The notes under the pieces are model-generated. The model saw only the letters and a list, made by a program, of their open reading frames with translations. It was not told where the DNA came from and ran no database searches. The position numbers and the translations under genes are program-made. This document shows, in pieces, positions 25,422 to 26,128 of a stretch of 26,128 bases of DNA (position 1 is its first letter; each line of letters starts with the position of its first letter). The DNA comes from Planctomycetota bacterium (GTDB lineage Bacteria; Planctomycetota; UBA1135): contig JASFYO010000038.1 in the NCBI GenBank assembly GCA_045047305.1, positions 1 to 26,128 on the forward strand. Reading direction: 5' to 3'.

Positions 25422-26128
25422 ATGCTTCTAACCATCCTTTCCATCAGCGCACTCTGTGCTCCACTAGCCGCTCAAACCGTCGAGGATTTTGAGTCTTATC
25501 CGGCGGCCAACAGCACGGGCAGTCCACTAGGACTCAGCCTCCTGGACGATACCACCATCGCCAATGGATTTGGCCCCAGCCTGGTCATGCCTGGCTGCAC
25601 CTATTCCACCGGTGGGCCGTTCCTGCAATGGAACGGAAATGGCTTTTTTGGCCAGACCTCGCGCAACCTTTGTGGTGCCGGGCTAGATGTGGTGATGGAG
25701 TACAACCCTCCTGTGACTAACGTCTCTTTTGACATCATGGTGTTCAATACCGCACCAGATTTGGTCACAGTGGAAGTTTTCGGCCCTGGCCGGGTACTTC
25801 TAGATGTCACTACGGGCATCAGCGTAGTCGACGGAACTGGCGTCCCCTTCTCCTACCATGGTGGGCCGATTGCCTCAGTGAAAGTTTGGGCAACGCAACA
25901 GCTATCTAGTCCGATTGTTGACAATCATGAGTATGGTGGCCCCAACCTAAGCATCACCGGTGCATGTCTCACTGGCCTGACCCTTTCGGTTTCAGGTGCA
26001 GAGCCGAATGCTCAACTTGCGATTGCGCATGGAACTCCTGGCACCTTCGTCATTCCAATTGGAGCTTGCGCCGGCACCACGCTTGACCTTGCCACACCAA
26101 CCTTGGCCGGCTTCTTCAACGCCGACGC
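25422..26128 (+). CDS. 3'-truncated secreted protein (not in the ORF track)
   Basis: Open from ATG 25422 to the window end: MLLTILSISALCAPLAA|QTVEDFESY...PIVDNHEYGGPNLSITGACLTGLTLSVSGAEPNAQLAIAHG...CAGTTLDLATPTLAGFFNAD. It has a beta-sandwich-like domain followed by a C-terminal-domain-like segment. Confidence 0.85.
   Translation, partial: MLLTILSISALCAPLAAQTVEDFESYPAANSTGSPLGLSLLDDTTIANGFGPSLVMPGCTYSTGGPFLQWNGNGFFGQTSRNLCGAGLDVVMEYNPPVTNVSFDIMVFNTAPDLVTVEVFGPGRVLLDVTTGISVVDGTGVPFSYHGGPIASVKVWATQQLSSPIVDNHEYGGPNLSITGACLTGLTLSVSGAEPNAQLAIAHGTPGTFVIPIGACAGTTLDLATPTLAGFFNAD

Overview
A 26 kb bacterial chromosomal segment with no mobile elements, CRISPR, rRNA or tRNA seen. The gene content (TIGR02999-type ECF sigma factor, Ser/Thr kinase-TPR protein, FG-GAP proteins, SD-poor starts) suggests a Planctomycetota-like organism, which is an inference. 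In order, it holds: a truncated cytochrome c-like/DUF3347-like ORF; a compact cobalamin riboswitch upstream of a secreted YVTN/YncE beta-propeller; an outer-membrane beta-barrel; a LeuB-family dehydrogenase; TusA; a heterodimeric MdlAB-type ABC exporter; a fused LeuD-LeuC-type aconitase-family enzyme; a CPBP protease; a SelD-N-like FAD oxidoreductase; a secreted protein and a DUF4382/DUF5666-like lipoprotein; an ECF sigma factor and kinase flanking a 723-aa unknown secreted protein; a thiopurine methyltransferase; a thiolase; two FG-GAP proteins; and a truncated secreted protein behind a consensus sigma-54 promoter. The strongest leads are (i) a riboswitch-controlled, non-lipidated BtuG-like candidate B12-scavenging propeller, (ii) a shared ~100-130 aa C-terminal domain on unrelated secreted proteins, which also start with Gln after signal cleavage, suggesting a possibly undescribed sorting/surface-display system, and (iii) a phosphorylation-activated ECF/kinase pair split by an unknown cargo gene. 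All family calls come from motif recognition by eye; no searches were run.
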